NCBI GenBank assembly: GCA_945897725.1 | Contig: CAMDFR010000002.1 | Span: 70,200 to 134,199, forward strand | Source: Chitinophaga pinensis | Lineage (GTDB): Bacteria > Bacteroidota > Bacteroidia > Chitinophagales > CAMDFR01 | Direction of reading: 5' to 3' | Length of the DNA stretch: 64,000 nucleotides | Part shown: positions 19,517 to 28,422 of the stretch, one piece after another | How the letters are laid out: the number at the start of each line of letters is the position of its first letter | How positions within the stretch are numbered: position 1 is the stretch's first letter | The notes under the pieces: generated by a model | Told to the model about the DNA's origin: nothing | What the model saw: only the letters and a program-made list of their open reading frames with translations | Databases searched by the model: none | Translations under genes and position numbers: made by a program

Positions 19517-20593
19517 CTATATGGATGCCTGATGGGTTGGATAGTACTTTTTCTTCAACCAAAATGCCACATTAACCAAAGCAATTAAGGCAGGCACTTC
19601 TACCAGCGGTCCAACAACTCCGACAAAGGCTTGTCCGCTATTAATCCCAAACACACCTATAGAAACGGCAATGGCTAATTCAAAATTATTACCAGCAGCA
19701 GTGAAGGAGACAGAAGCACTGTCTCTATAGTTTGACCCCAAAAATTTTGCTGTAAAAAACATGAGCATAAACATAACAGCAAAATAGATGACTAGAGGAA
19801 TCGCTACTTTTAGAACATCTAGTGGAATATTAATGATCATTTCTCCTTTTAAGCTAAACATAACAACAATGGTAAACAACAATGCGATAAGGGTGATGGG
19901 TGAAACGAAAGGAATAAATTTCTGATGAAACCACTTTTCACCTTTTAATTTAAGAAGGGTAAATCTACTTAGCATAGCGGCAGCAAAAGGCACTCCCAAA
20001 TACAATCCTACTGTTTTTGCAATTTCGGGAATGCTCACATTAATGATTTGACCTTTCATTCCGAAAAGTGGTAACATGATTTCTAAATAGAAATAAGCAT
20101 AGAGGCTAAAAAAGAAAACTTGTAAGAGACTATTAATTCCAATCAATCCTGCTGTGAACGCTCGATTGCCTTCCGCTAACTCGCTCCAAACAATCACCAT
20201 GGCAATGCATGGAGCGAGGCCAATGATAATGAGTCCTGTCATGTATTCTACGTGCTCTTTCAAAAAAATGATGGATAAAAGAAACATTAAAAAAGGACCA
20301 ATAACCCAAGTGACAAACAATGTTACAAAAAGCAATTTGGGCTTGTTAAAGATGTCTTTCAAGGTCGAAAAATCAATTTTAGTGAGTGGTGGATACATCA
20401 TTAAAATTAGGCCGATGGCAATCGGGATATTGATAGTCCCTTTAGAAAATGATTGTATAGTGGTAGAAGCACTAGGGATAAAATAGGCAACAAGAACACC
20501 AATAAGCATTGCCGAAAATATCCATAGGGTTAAGTACTTATCTAAAAATCCTAACTTTTTCTTCTTGCCGATGTTTGCTGCTGCTGTTGACAT
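19517..20593 (-). CDS. acr3: Acr3 family arsenite efflux transporter
   Basis: LDKYLTLWI, GLILMMYPP, GLAPCIAMV, AAGNNFELAIAV and GPLVEVP. Confidence 0.95.
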   Translation of the reverse strand: MSTAAANIGKKKKLGFLDKYLTLWIFSAMLIGVLVAYFIPSASTTIQSFSKGTINIPIAIGLILMMYPPLTKIDFSTLKDIFNKPKLLFVTLFVTWVIGPFLMFLLSIIFLKEHVEYMTGLIIIGLAPCIAMVIVWSELAEGNRAFTAGLIGINSLLQVFFFSLYAYFYLEIMLPLFGMKGQIINVSIPEIAKTVGLYLGVPFAAAMLSRFTLLKLKGEKWFHQKFIPFVSPITLIALLFTIVVMFSLKGEMIINIPLDVLKVAIPLVIYFAVMFMLMFFTAKFLGSNYRDSASVSFTAAGNNFELAIAVSIGVFGINSGQAFVGVVGPLVEVPALIALVNVAFWLKKKYYPTHQASI

Positions 20594-20606
20594 TTCTACT
20601 TTAATT

Positions 20607-20626
20607 TAATATTGCAATATTACGAT
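20607..20626. promoter_or_regulatory. Palindromic operator upstream of acr3 (ArsR-type candidate)
   Basis: Perfect 16-bp palindrome TAATATTGCAATATTA at 20607-20622, 13 nt before the acr3 start. Confidence 0.55.
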
Positions 20627-20679
20627 AATAAAATATGGTAGAATATTTACGCTAGGTTTAAATCAAATGCTTCTGAATA

Positions 20680-22071
20680 TTATACAAATTCATTTAAGAT
20701 TTCACTCACAACAAACTCGCCAGTTTCCATCGCACCATGCACGGTGGCAACATGTCCTTTCGTGTGGGTGGCCTCACCTGCAAAGTAGACTTGCTTATTA
20801 ATACTTTGAGCCAATTGTGTTCTTAAATCAATAATTCCTGCCTCTGAAGCAAATGAATATGCACCTTTAATAAATGGATTTTTTAGCCAATCCTCAATGT
20901 GGCTGTCAACAATACTTCCACTAGCTATCCCAGCACCATACATGTTGTCTAAGTCTGCTAACACAATATTCACAGCATTATTACCCTCAGTGCTCAAAGC
21001 GCTTGCCTTGTCTCCCATAACGAAAGCGGTAAGCACATGGTCATTTCCTCTTCCTTTTGATGTATACCAATATTCAGGCACAGGTCCATTACCATAGATA
21101 GAGCCTGCGTTTTCATCCCAAAAGCGAGTGCTGAATTTTAAAATTATTTTCATGCCTGCACCCATTCCAATTTTATCGATGGCTTCTTGTTTAGAAGTTG
21201 GCAAAATGGGTGAAAATGTGATATCATTCGCTTTTAAAATTGTCAAAGGAACGCAAACAATCACCTTGTCGGCCGTAAAAGTATTTCCTGATTGATCCGT
21301 TAATAAAATATCGCTTTGTGAATAGTCGATGTTTTTTATCTGAGTATTATAGGTAACTAATGAAAGCGCCTCAGAAAATTTTTCTTCTAAAATAGAATGA
21401 TAGGAACGATTAGAAACATTGTAATTCGCTGTTCCGCTAGTCCATAAATTATCTTCTGCGCTAACGCCAGGTGCACTTAACAAACTCGCGCTTGTTCCAT
21501 ATTCGTTTCCTGTCAACGCATTGAAATAAGGCAATCCTATTGAACCCACCCCTTGAGAAAGGGCATAGGCTTCGCAGCTGACTTCGCCACCAGAATATCT
21601 TACCACTGTCCCAGCAGCATCATCTGCCTTCACATAGGCATCAATAGACTTTGCACTATCTTCGCTCTCTAATCGGTTGTCAAGCATCACAAAATCTGTC
21701 TCACTTCTACTAGCCGTGAACAAGTTTGCATTAGTGCTACTTACAATATCATACCACTTTGATTTTTTGCCATGTATTTCCTCCGCCCCTAATTCTATGT
21801 TAAAGTCTGCAAATCCTTCAAGTGCCTTAATTCTGCCACCAAAAGTATTGCTTGCTTCCAATATTTGAATCGTTGCATTAGGCGCATATTGACGAAGTAA
21901 ACTTGCTGCATAAATGCCGGCTGCACCAGCCCCGATAATCACTATCTTTCCCTTCCATGAAACACTTGGTAAATCGTCTTTTTGGCAAGATTGCAGAAAG
22001 CTTGGAATAAGCACCATACCCGGAATGGCAATGGCAAGGGTTTTAATAAATTTTTTTCTCTCTACATTCAT
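20680..22071 (-). CDS. Flavin monoamine-oxidase-family FAD oxidoreductase, lipoprotein
   Basis: IIGAGAAG, EAS...GGRI, ELGAEEIHG, GAYS and YFAGEAT...TVHGAMETG; N-terminal LQSC lipobox. Confidence 0.88.
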   Translation of the reverse strand: MNVERKKFIKTLAIAIPGMVLIPSFLQSCQKDDLPSVSWKGKIVIIGAGAAGIYAASLLRQYAPNATIQILEASNTFGGRIKALEGFADFNIELGAEEIHGKKSKWYDIVSSTNANLFTASRSETDFVMLDNRLESEDSAKSIDAYVKADDAAGTVVRYSGGEVSCEAYALSQGVGSIGLPYFNALTGNEYGTSASLLSAPGVSAEDNLWTSGTANYNVSNRSYHSILEEKFSEALSLVTYNTQIKNIDYSQSDILLTDQSGNTFTADKVIVCVPLTILKANDITFSPILPTSKQEAIDKIGMGAGMKIILKFSTRFWDENAGSIYGNGPVPEYWYTSKGRGNDHVLTAFVMGDKASALSTEGNNAVNIVLADLDNMYGAGIASGSIVDSHIEDWLKNPFIKGAYSFASEAGIIDLRTQLAQSINKQVYFAGEATHTKGHVATVHGAMETGEFVVSEILNEFV

Positions 22072-22223
22072 TTTTTTTAGTTTTTGGTTGATAGGTTTTG
22101 CAAAAAAAGATGTCGTTTAAGGTCGAAAACAACTCTTTTGATGTATGTTCTAATTCTGTAAATTTAATACAAATACTAAATATGGCAAACCGAAAATAAT
22201 AGAAGAACATAATCCAAATATAT

Positions 22224-22279
22224 TTAACACAATCTTAACAAAGGGGTAAGTATAAAATAATAACATAGTCATTTGTTTG
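22224..22279 (+). promoter_or_regulatory. Promoter of the T9SS cargo gene: TTAACA direct repeats (putative Pho box)
   Basis: TTAACA at 22224 and 22235 (11-bp period). TTTGTTTG at 22272 lies at the same 48-nt offset as the -7 element in the TBDR promoter. Confidence 0.58.
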
Positions 22280-22317
22280 CACTGTAATTAAACAAACAAA
22301 TAAAAAACAAAAATCCA

Positions 22318-23931
22318 ATGAGAAAACTATTACACTTTTTTGCCTTTGTAGCCTTGACTATACTAAGCGCAAATACTTTTGCCGCAGATGTTCCAGTATC
22401 TGGAAATATCACTTCTAATACTACATGGACTAAAGATAACATCTACTTGTTAACAGGTTTTGTCTATGTAAAGAGTGGTGCTACACTTACGATCGAGGCA
22501 GGTACTTTAATCAAAGGTGACAAACCAAGTAAGGGCACATTGATTATTACAAGAGGTTCAAAAATTTCAGCGGTTGGTACTGAATGTGAGCCTATCGTTT
22601 TTACGTCTAACCAACCAATTGGTGACCGTGCTCCTGGAGATTGGGGTGGAATTATCTTGTTAGGAGACGCACCTATCAATATCAAGGATTCAGCTACTGG
22701 TTTGCCAATTGACGGTATTATTGAAGGTGGTGTTGATAATTCAGCCGGAGATGGTCGTTATGGTGGAACTAATGCAAATAGCAATTCTGGTACGATGCAA
22801 TATGTAAGAATAGAATATCCAGGTATCGCTTTCGTTTTGAATAATGAAATCAATGGATTGACGTTTGGTGGTGTTGGAGCAGGTACAACAATCGACCACA
22901 TCCAAATTTCTTACAGTGGTGACGATAGCTACGAGTGGTTTGGTGGTACTGTAAATTGTAAAAACTTAATAGCATTTAAAGGAACTGATGATGATTTTGA
23001 TACTGACTTCGGATATAGTGGACATTGTCAATTTTTATTAGCAGTTAGAGATACAGCTTACTATGATGCGGCGGGTGCTTCTAATAGTTTTGAATCAGAT
23101 AATAATGCTACTGGATCTTCTGTAACACCACTTACTAGTTCAGTATTTAGTAATGTGACTTCAATCGGACCAAAATCCACAGTTTCATTCCCAGCACCTT
23201 CTTATTTTAAGAGAGGAGCACACATCAGAAAAAACTCTACTCAATCAATCTACAACTCTATTTTTATGGGATGGCCGATTGGTGAATTTATCGACGGTAC
23301 AGCTTCCAAAGCAAACTATACTGCAGGAACTTTAGAATTAAAAAATAATGTTTGGGCAGGATGTGGCAGAGATCACGAAGCAGCTTTTGATTCCGCAAAC
23401 GTTCCTTCAGTTGGTAATAGCAATACTTTTTATGCAGCAGCTACAGGCGCTATGTTAGCAGATCCATTCAATGCAACAACTCCTGACGTAATGCCTTCTA
23501 CAGGTTCTCCAGTGTTAAATGGTGCAACCTTTTTCGCAGCTAATTTAAGTAGCTCATTTTTTGATAATACAGTAACTTTCAGAGGTGCTTTCGGAACAAC
23601 AAACTGGATGACTTGTTGGACAAACTTTGATTCTGACAATACACCATACACTTCAGTAAATGAGATTTCAAATTTGAACAACATCAATTTGTATCCAAAT
23701 CCATTCACAGAGAATTTTAATATCAACATTACTGCTGTCGCTTCAATGAAATTAAATATTTCTTTGGTAGACATTAGCGGTCGTATCATTAAAGAAGTGA
23801 TGAATGACAATGTAACGGCTGGTGCACATACATATACTGTAAATACAGAGAACATTCAAAGTGGTATTTACTTTGTAAAAATACAAAGCAATAATCAAGC
23901 AACAACTTTGAAAATGGTTTGTAACAAATAG
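22318..23931 (+). CDS. T9SS type-A CTD secreted protein of unknown function (Gly/Asp-rich, probable beta-helix)
   Basis: Signal peptide; GDWGGIILLG, YVRIEYPG, EINGLTFGGVG, DDSYEWFGG and DDDFDTDFG motifs; C-terminal YPNP...DISGR...SGIYFVKI...K CTD. Confidence 0.88.
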   Translation: MRKLLHFFAFVALTILSANTFAADVPVSGNITSNTTWTKDNIYLLTGFVYVKSGATLTIEAGTLIKGDKPSKGTLIITRGSKISAVGTECEPIVFTSNQPIGDRAPGDWGGIILLGDAPINIKDSATGLPIDGIIEGGVDNSAGDGRYGGTNANSNSGTMQYVRIEYPGIAFVLNNEINGLTFGGVGAGTTIDHIQISYSGDDSYEWFGGTVNCKNLIAFKGTDDDFDTDFGYSGHCQFLLAVRDTAYYDAAGASNSFESDNNATGSSVTPLTSSVFSNVTSIGPKSTVSFPAPSYFKRGAHIRKNSTQSIYNSIFMGWPIGEFIDGTASKANYTAGTLELKNNVWAGCGRDHEAAFDSANVPSVGNSNTFYAAATGAMLADPFNATTPDVMPSTGSPVLNGATFFAANLSSSFFDNTVTFRGAFGTTNWMTCWTNFDSDNTPYTSVNEISNLNNINLYPNPFTENFNINITAVASMKLNISLVDISGRIIKEVMNDNVTAGAHTYTVNTENIQSGIYFVKIQSNNQATTLKMVCNK

Positions 23932-23976
23932 TATTGGATTTAGTGTTTTTTCATCGAAATAGGTATTGATTTAAGG

Positions 23977-24006
23977 AAGGCGGCTGATTTCAGTCGCCTT
24001 TTCTTT
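23977..24006 (+). terminator. Rho-independent terminator
   Basis: AAGGCGGCTGA-T-TTCAGTCGCCTT followed by TTCTTT. Confidence 0.75.
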
Positions 24007-24011
24007 ATTTA

Positions 24012-24059
24012 TTAATATGCTGTCAGCATTCAATTAACATGCTTTTTGTAATCTTAACC
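24012..24059 (+). promoter_or_regulatory. Degenerate TTAACA repeats upstream of the PlcP-like gene
   Basis: TTAATA (24012), TCAGCA (24023) and TTAACA (24034) at an 11-bp period, plus TTAACC at 24054. Confidence 0.45.
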
Positions 24060-24081
24060 CATCAATAATATTCTTGTAACT

Positions 24082-24897
24082 ATGTCAAAAAGATATGTCG
24101 AAATCGCAGTTGTTTCTGATGTTCATCTTGGCACCTTTGGTTGTCATGCAAAAGAATTAAACGCTTACCTAAAATCAATTAATCCAAGCACTCTAGTACT
24201 CAATGGCGATATCATTGACATGTGGCAACTGAACAAAAATTACTTCCCTACAGAACATACCAAAGTCTTACGCCGTATCCTAAAAATGATGCAAAATGGC
24301 ACACAGGTCTATTATATTACAGGTAACCACGACGAATATCTTAGAAAGTTTAGTCATATTCAGTTGGGTAATTTTAAATTGGTCAATCAACTAACATTAC
24401 AGCTCAATCACGAAACATTTTGGTTTTTTCATGGTGACGTATTTGATGTTACGATGCAACATTCTAAATGGTTGGCAAAACTTGGTGGCAAAGGTTACGA
24501 CTATCTTATTATACTTAATAGAGCCATCAATTTTGTATTAGAAAAAACAGGAAGAGAAAAAATGTCCTTATCAAAAAGAGTCAAAGACGGCGTAAAAAAA
24601 GCCGCAAAATTTATCAGCGACTTCGAGCACAACACAGCGGTGTTCGCGCACGAAAAAGGTGTTAAATATGTTGTTTGTGGACACATCCATGAACCTTGTA
24701 TTAAAGACATCAACATTGAAGGCGAAACCATTCATTATTTAAATTCTGGAGATTGGGTAGAAAATTTAAGTGCACTTGAATATAATTTAGGCGAATGGAA
24801 TCTAATTCATTACAAAGACCTAGCCATCACTTTTTCAGAAGATGATTTAGATATAACAGATTTCAATATTCAATCTATTATCAATAAAGCAATGTAG
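24082..24897 (+). CDS. Calcineurin-like metallophosphoesterase, PlcP/LpxH-like
   Basis: SDVHLG, NGDIID, GNHD, HGDVFD, CGHIH and YLNSGDWVE; KWLAKLG...YD...LN segment; paired with a glycosyltransferase. Confidence 0.85.
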   Translation: MSKRYVEIAVVSDVHLGTFGCHAKELNAYLKSINPSTLVLNGDIIDMWQLNKNYFPTEHTKVLRRILKMMQNGTQVYYITGNHDEYLRKFSHIQLGNFKLVNQLTLQLNHETFWFFHGDVFDVTMQHSKWLAKLGGKGYDYLIILNRAINFVLEKTGREKMSLSKRVKDGVKKAAKFISDFEHNTAVFAHEKGVKYVVCGHIHEPCIKDINIEGETIHYLNSGDWVENLSALEYNLGEWNLIHYKDLAITFSEDDLDITDFNIQSIINKAM

Positions 24898-24956
24898 TTG
24901 TATGAACGTTTAAGGCAAGGAAAAGCAACGGTCTTGATATTATTAAACTTCATAGA

Positions 24957-25967
24957 ATGAAAATATTGTATGGCATACAAGCCACGGGGAACGGACATAT
25001 TACACGCTCTATTGAGATCATAGAACAACTAGCTTTGGAGCCAGAAATTGAGAGAATCGATGTTGTCATTAGTGGCAATAATGCTGATATACAATTGCCT
25101 CGAGATATTAATTATAATTGCAAAGGCATCAGCTTTAAATATGGTAAAGAAGGAAAGATATCATATCTCAAAAGTTTTGCAAAGCTCGATCTCTACGCCT
25201 TTGTAAAATCCATCAAAAGTATCCCATTCAAAAAGTACGACTTAGTCATTTCAGATTATGAACCCATTTCTTGTTGGGGCGCTAAAATATATAACATACC
25301 TTGTATTGGTATTGGAAATATATATGCGCTTACCTCAAAAAATTTTCCTCGTTTACATGGCTTAAAACTAAAAACAAATATCGTTACTAAAATACTTTGT
25401 CCTGTAAAAGCGAAGATTGGCATGCATTTCACCAAAATGGATGATTTTATATATTATCCAGTGGTAAGAAAAGAAATTCGAAACGCAACAATCACAAACG
25501 AAAATTTTATCCTCATCTATTTGCTTACATACTCAGATGATGAATTGATGAATATATTGAGAGATAATCGATTTGAAGACTATAAGTTTATTATCTATTC
25601 AAAAACAGAAAAAAGGCCGAACACTATTAAAAACATAAGCATCTTTCCGCTAAACATGGAAAGCTTCACCATGCACCTAACGCAATGTGCTGGCATTATT
25701 ACAGCAGGAGGATTTCAAACCATTTCGGAAGCGCTTTATTTGCATAAAAAATTGCTGGTCATTCCGATGAAAGGTCAGCCCGAACAAAAAGCCAACGCAA
25801 GTATTCTGGAAAAAATGAATGTGCCAATCGCCAAAAATCCTGATGCAGCATCATTGTTGAAATGGTTGCAGGACGACACGAACAACAATCATATAGAAAT
25901 GAAAAATGATATTGATAAAATTATCCATAGAATTATGGATATTGGACATGCTCTGGTAGAAAATTAA
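24957..25967 (+). CDS. GT-B glycosyltransferase (MJ1255/VC2487-like)
   Basis: MKILYGIQATGNGHITRS, ISDYEP and AGGFQTISEALYLHKKLLVIPMKGQPEQKANA. Confidence 0.88.
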   Translation: MKILYGIQATGNGHITRSIEIIEQLALEPEIERIDVVISGNNADIQLPRDINYNCKGISFKYGKEGKISYLKSFAKLDLYAFVKSIKSIPFKKYDLVISDYEPISCWGAKIYNIPCIGIGNIYALTSKNFPRLHGLKLKTNIVTKILCPVKAKIGMHFTKMDDFIYYPVVRKEIRNATITNENFILIYLLTYSDDELMNILRDNRFEDYKFIIYSKTEKRPNTIKNISIFPLNMESFTMHLTQCAGIITAGGFQTISEALYLHKKLLVIPMKGQPEQKANASILEKMNVPIAKNPDAASLLKWLQDDTNNNHIEMKNDIDKIIHRIMDIGHALVEN

Positions 25968-25988
25968 AAAGCAATATTTGCTAATTAT

Positions 25989-27923
25989 TTAGCCGATCTG
26001 CTCCAATACATCTTCCCAGTCTTTCATCAATTGGGCTTGTTCTTGCTTTACCGCGTCATACTTTTTGTAGAAAGAAGGGTCGTTTCCTACCTCTTTAAAA
26101 GATTCGGGATCTTTCAATTTTTTCTCAAATTCCTCTATCTTATTATCCAATTCAGAAATCTGATTCTCTAGCTTAGAAGCTTTGTTCTTTAATGCTTTTG
26201 CTTCCTTGTCGTCAGGTTTATGAGGTGCCGAACTTTGTTTTTTTGCTTCTGCTCTAGAATTCAATTTTGCTAAGGGAATATTGCCGTTTTTAGCCCGTTC
26301 ATATTCTCTAAAATCTTCCGCTTTCTTTTCTTCCAAGAAATCATAAATGTCGCCAACATGCTCCTTAATTCCTGTGTCGGTAAACTCCATAATACGATTC
26401 GTCAAGCCTTGTAAAAAATCTCTATCGTGACTTACCAATATCAATGTTCCTTTATATTCTTTCAATGCTAGCTTCAAAGTCTCTTTCGACACCATGTCCA
26501 GGTGATTCGTAGGCTCATCCAATATCAATAAATTCATGGGTTCTAACAAAAGTTTGGCCATCGCCACCCTTCCTTTCTCCCCGCCACTCAATACTTTTAC
26601 CTTCTTTTCTACATCTTCACCACTAAATAAAAAGCAACCCAATAAGGTTCTTACTTTGGTTCTCATCTCTCCTGTTGCAGCCTCATCAATGGTTTCAAAC
26701 ACTGTCTTGTTGCCATCCAATGTCTCTGCCTGATGCTGTGCGTAATAACCCAAGTGCACATTGTAACCTCTTTTTATTTCACCATCAAAATCCAAATCGC
26801 CGGCAATCATCCGACTCAAGGTCGTTTTACCTGTTCCGTTTTTGCCTACAAAAGCAATCCTGTCACCTTTATCTACATAAAAACTCTCATTGTGAATAAT
26901 GGTTTTATTGCCGTATTTTTTTACAGCGTGTTTCACTTCTAAAACCACTTTGCCCGAAGGCACGGCATCTGGAAAACGCAAATTCATTTTCGACACATCT
27001 TCTTCGTCAACCTCAATGATGTCTAGCTTATCCAACTTCTTTACCAAAGATTGCGCAAAGGCCGCTTTTGATGCTTTGGCCCTAAAGCGCTCAATATTTC
27101 TTTCTATCTGACGTATCTCTCTTTCTTGATTTTTCTTCGCATTAATCTGATTCGCTTTGCGCTCTTTTCTTAGGTCGATATATTTGGAATAGTTCGCTTT
27201 ATAATCATCAATGTCGCCATTAAAAATTTCAATGGTTCTATTGGTCACATTATTCAAAAAGGCTTTATCATGCGATATCAAAAGGATGGCGCCATCATAA
27301 TCTCTAAGAAAATTCTCTAACCAAGTGATCGAATGAATATCCAAGTGATTTGTGGGCTCATCAAACAAAATTAAATCTGGTTTCTGCAATAATATTTTGG
27401 CCAACTCAATTCTCATCTGCCAACCACCACTCAATTCACTCACGGGCGTCTGCATATCCTTGGGCTCAAAACCAAGCCCTTTCAATATTTTCTCTATCTC
27501 TTCATCAATATTGTGAGAACCCATCATGTGAAATAAGGCATCTTTTTCACCATACACAGTAATCAAATCCATATAGGAATCACTATCATAGTCAGTACGC
27601 GTTTCCATTTGATGCGACAAGCTTTTTAGCTCAGTTTCCAAAGCAAGAAACTTGCTAAAAGCGGTCTTAGTTTCTTCGTAAACGGTCTTGGTACTCTGAC
27701 TATTGATATCTTGAGGTAGATAGCCTATTTCAAAATCTTTGGGCGTCGATATATCGCCGTTGTCTGGCTTTTGAAAGCCCGTCAATACTTTTAATAATGT
27801 CGATTTGCCTGCTCCGTTCCTACCTACGAGCCCGATTCTGTCTGTCCGAACGATTTGGAAGGTGATGCCATCGAATAAAGTTCTACCTCCGAAATGTAAT
27901 GATAAATTTGATACTGTTAACAC
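25989..27923 (-). CDS. ABC-F family ribosome-associated ATPase
   Basis: Two ABC domains (GRNGAGKST/LSGGW/DEPTNHLD and GKNGTGKTT/LSGGE/DEPTNHLD), no TM segments, C-terminal coiled coil. Confidence 0.94.
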   Translation of the reverse strand: MLTVSNLSLHFGGRTLFDGITFQIVRTDRIGLVGRNGAGKSTLLKVLTGFQKPDNGDISTPKDFEIGYLPQDINSQSTKTVYEETKTAFSKFLALETELKSLSHQMETRTDYDSDSYMDLITVYGEKDALFHMMGSHNIDEEIEKILKGLGFEPKDMQTPVSELSGGWQMRIELAKILLQKPDLILFDEPTNHLDIHSITWLENFLRDYDGAILLISHDKAFLNNVTNRTIEIFNGDIDDYKANYSKYIDLRKERKANQINAKKNQEREIRQIERNIERFRAKASKAAFAQSLVKKLDKLDIIEVDEEDVSKMNLRFPDAVPSGKVVLEVKHAVKKYGNKTIIHNESFYVDKGDRIAFVGKNGTGKTTLSRMIAGDLDFDGEIKRGYNVHLGYYAQHQAETLDGNKTVFETIDEAATGEMRTKVRTLLGCFLFSGEDVEKKVKVLSGGEKGRVAMAKLLLEPMNLLILDEPTNHLDMVSKETLKLALKEYKGTLILVSHDRDFLQGLTNRIMEFTDTGIKEHVGDIYDFLEEKKAEDFREYERAKNGNIPLAKLNSRAEAKKQSSAPHKPDDKEAKALKNKASKLENQISELDNKIEEFEKKLKDPESFKEVGNDPSFYKKYDAVKQEQAQLMKDWEDVLEQIG

Positions 27924-28027
27924 GCTGCAAGATTATCGAATTTTTAGCTGATTTTCTCAGTTTTTCTCAAAATAAGTTGTGAGTCTGTAAAAGTTTTTAC
28001 ATTTTTGCAATACAAATAATTCTTGTT

Positions 28028-28261
28028 ATGTCTAAAGTTATCGGTATCATTTTCACCCTCATCGGGACGATAGTAAGTGTTTACACTTATTTTTTAATCT
28101 TAAATTCAAGCGCATATTTGCCTTATAATCCAACCGATCCAACGGCACATGCTTCTAGCTATGGCTTGACATTGCCACTGATTGTTGGCTTATCATTATG
28201 CACCATTGGCATCACTTTCTTGTTGGTAGCCAAAGAGGACAATAGTGAAATGCGTCCATAG
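28028..28261 (+). CDS. Small two-TM membrane protein, hypothetical
   Basis: ATG start, two hydrophobic helices, followed by a terminator hairpin. Confidence 0.6.
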   Translation: MSKVIGIIFTLIGTIVSVYTYFLILNSSAYLPYNPTDPTAHASSYGLTLPLIVGLSLCTIGITFLLVAKEDNSEMRP

Positions 28262-28288
28262 TCAACCGTTTTTTAAAATATATTTATC

Positions 28289-28316
28289 AAGCCTATCCTT
28301 ATCGATAGGCTTTTTT
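28289..28316 (+). terminator. Rho-independent terminator
   Basis: AAGCCTATC-cttatc-GATAGGCTT followed by a T-tract. Confidence 0.7.
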
Positions 28317-28328
28317 ATTTGTTTTTTT

Positions 28329-28422
28329 GGGCGCGCCCTTTGCCCCAAAAATCCAAGGGCAAAGGTCCTGTGTTCTGTCGTACGTCCTTTGCAAGGGCGG
28401 TACTCCTGCCACCCAGTCGCGC
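28329..28422 (+). ncRNA. Structured element copy 3 (Flavo-1-like)
   Basis: T7-GG-GCGCG-CC-CTTTGCCC...GGGCAAAG-GTC-CTG...GTAC-GTCCTT-tgc-AAGGGC-G-GTAC...TGCCA-CC-CAG-T-CGCGC. Confidence 0.62.
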
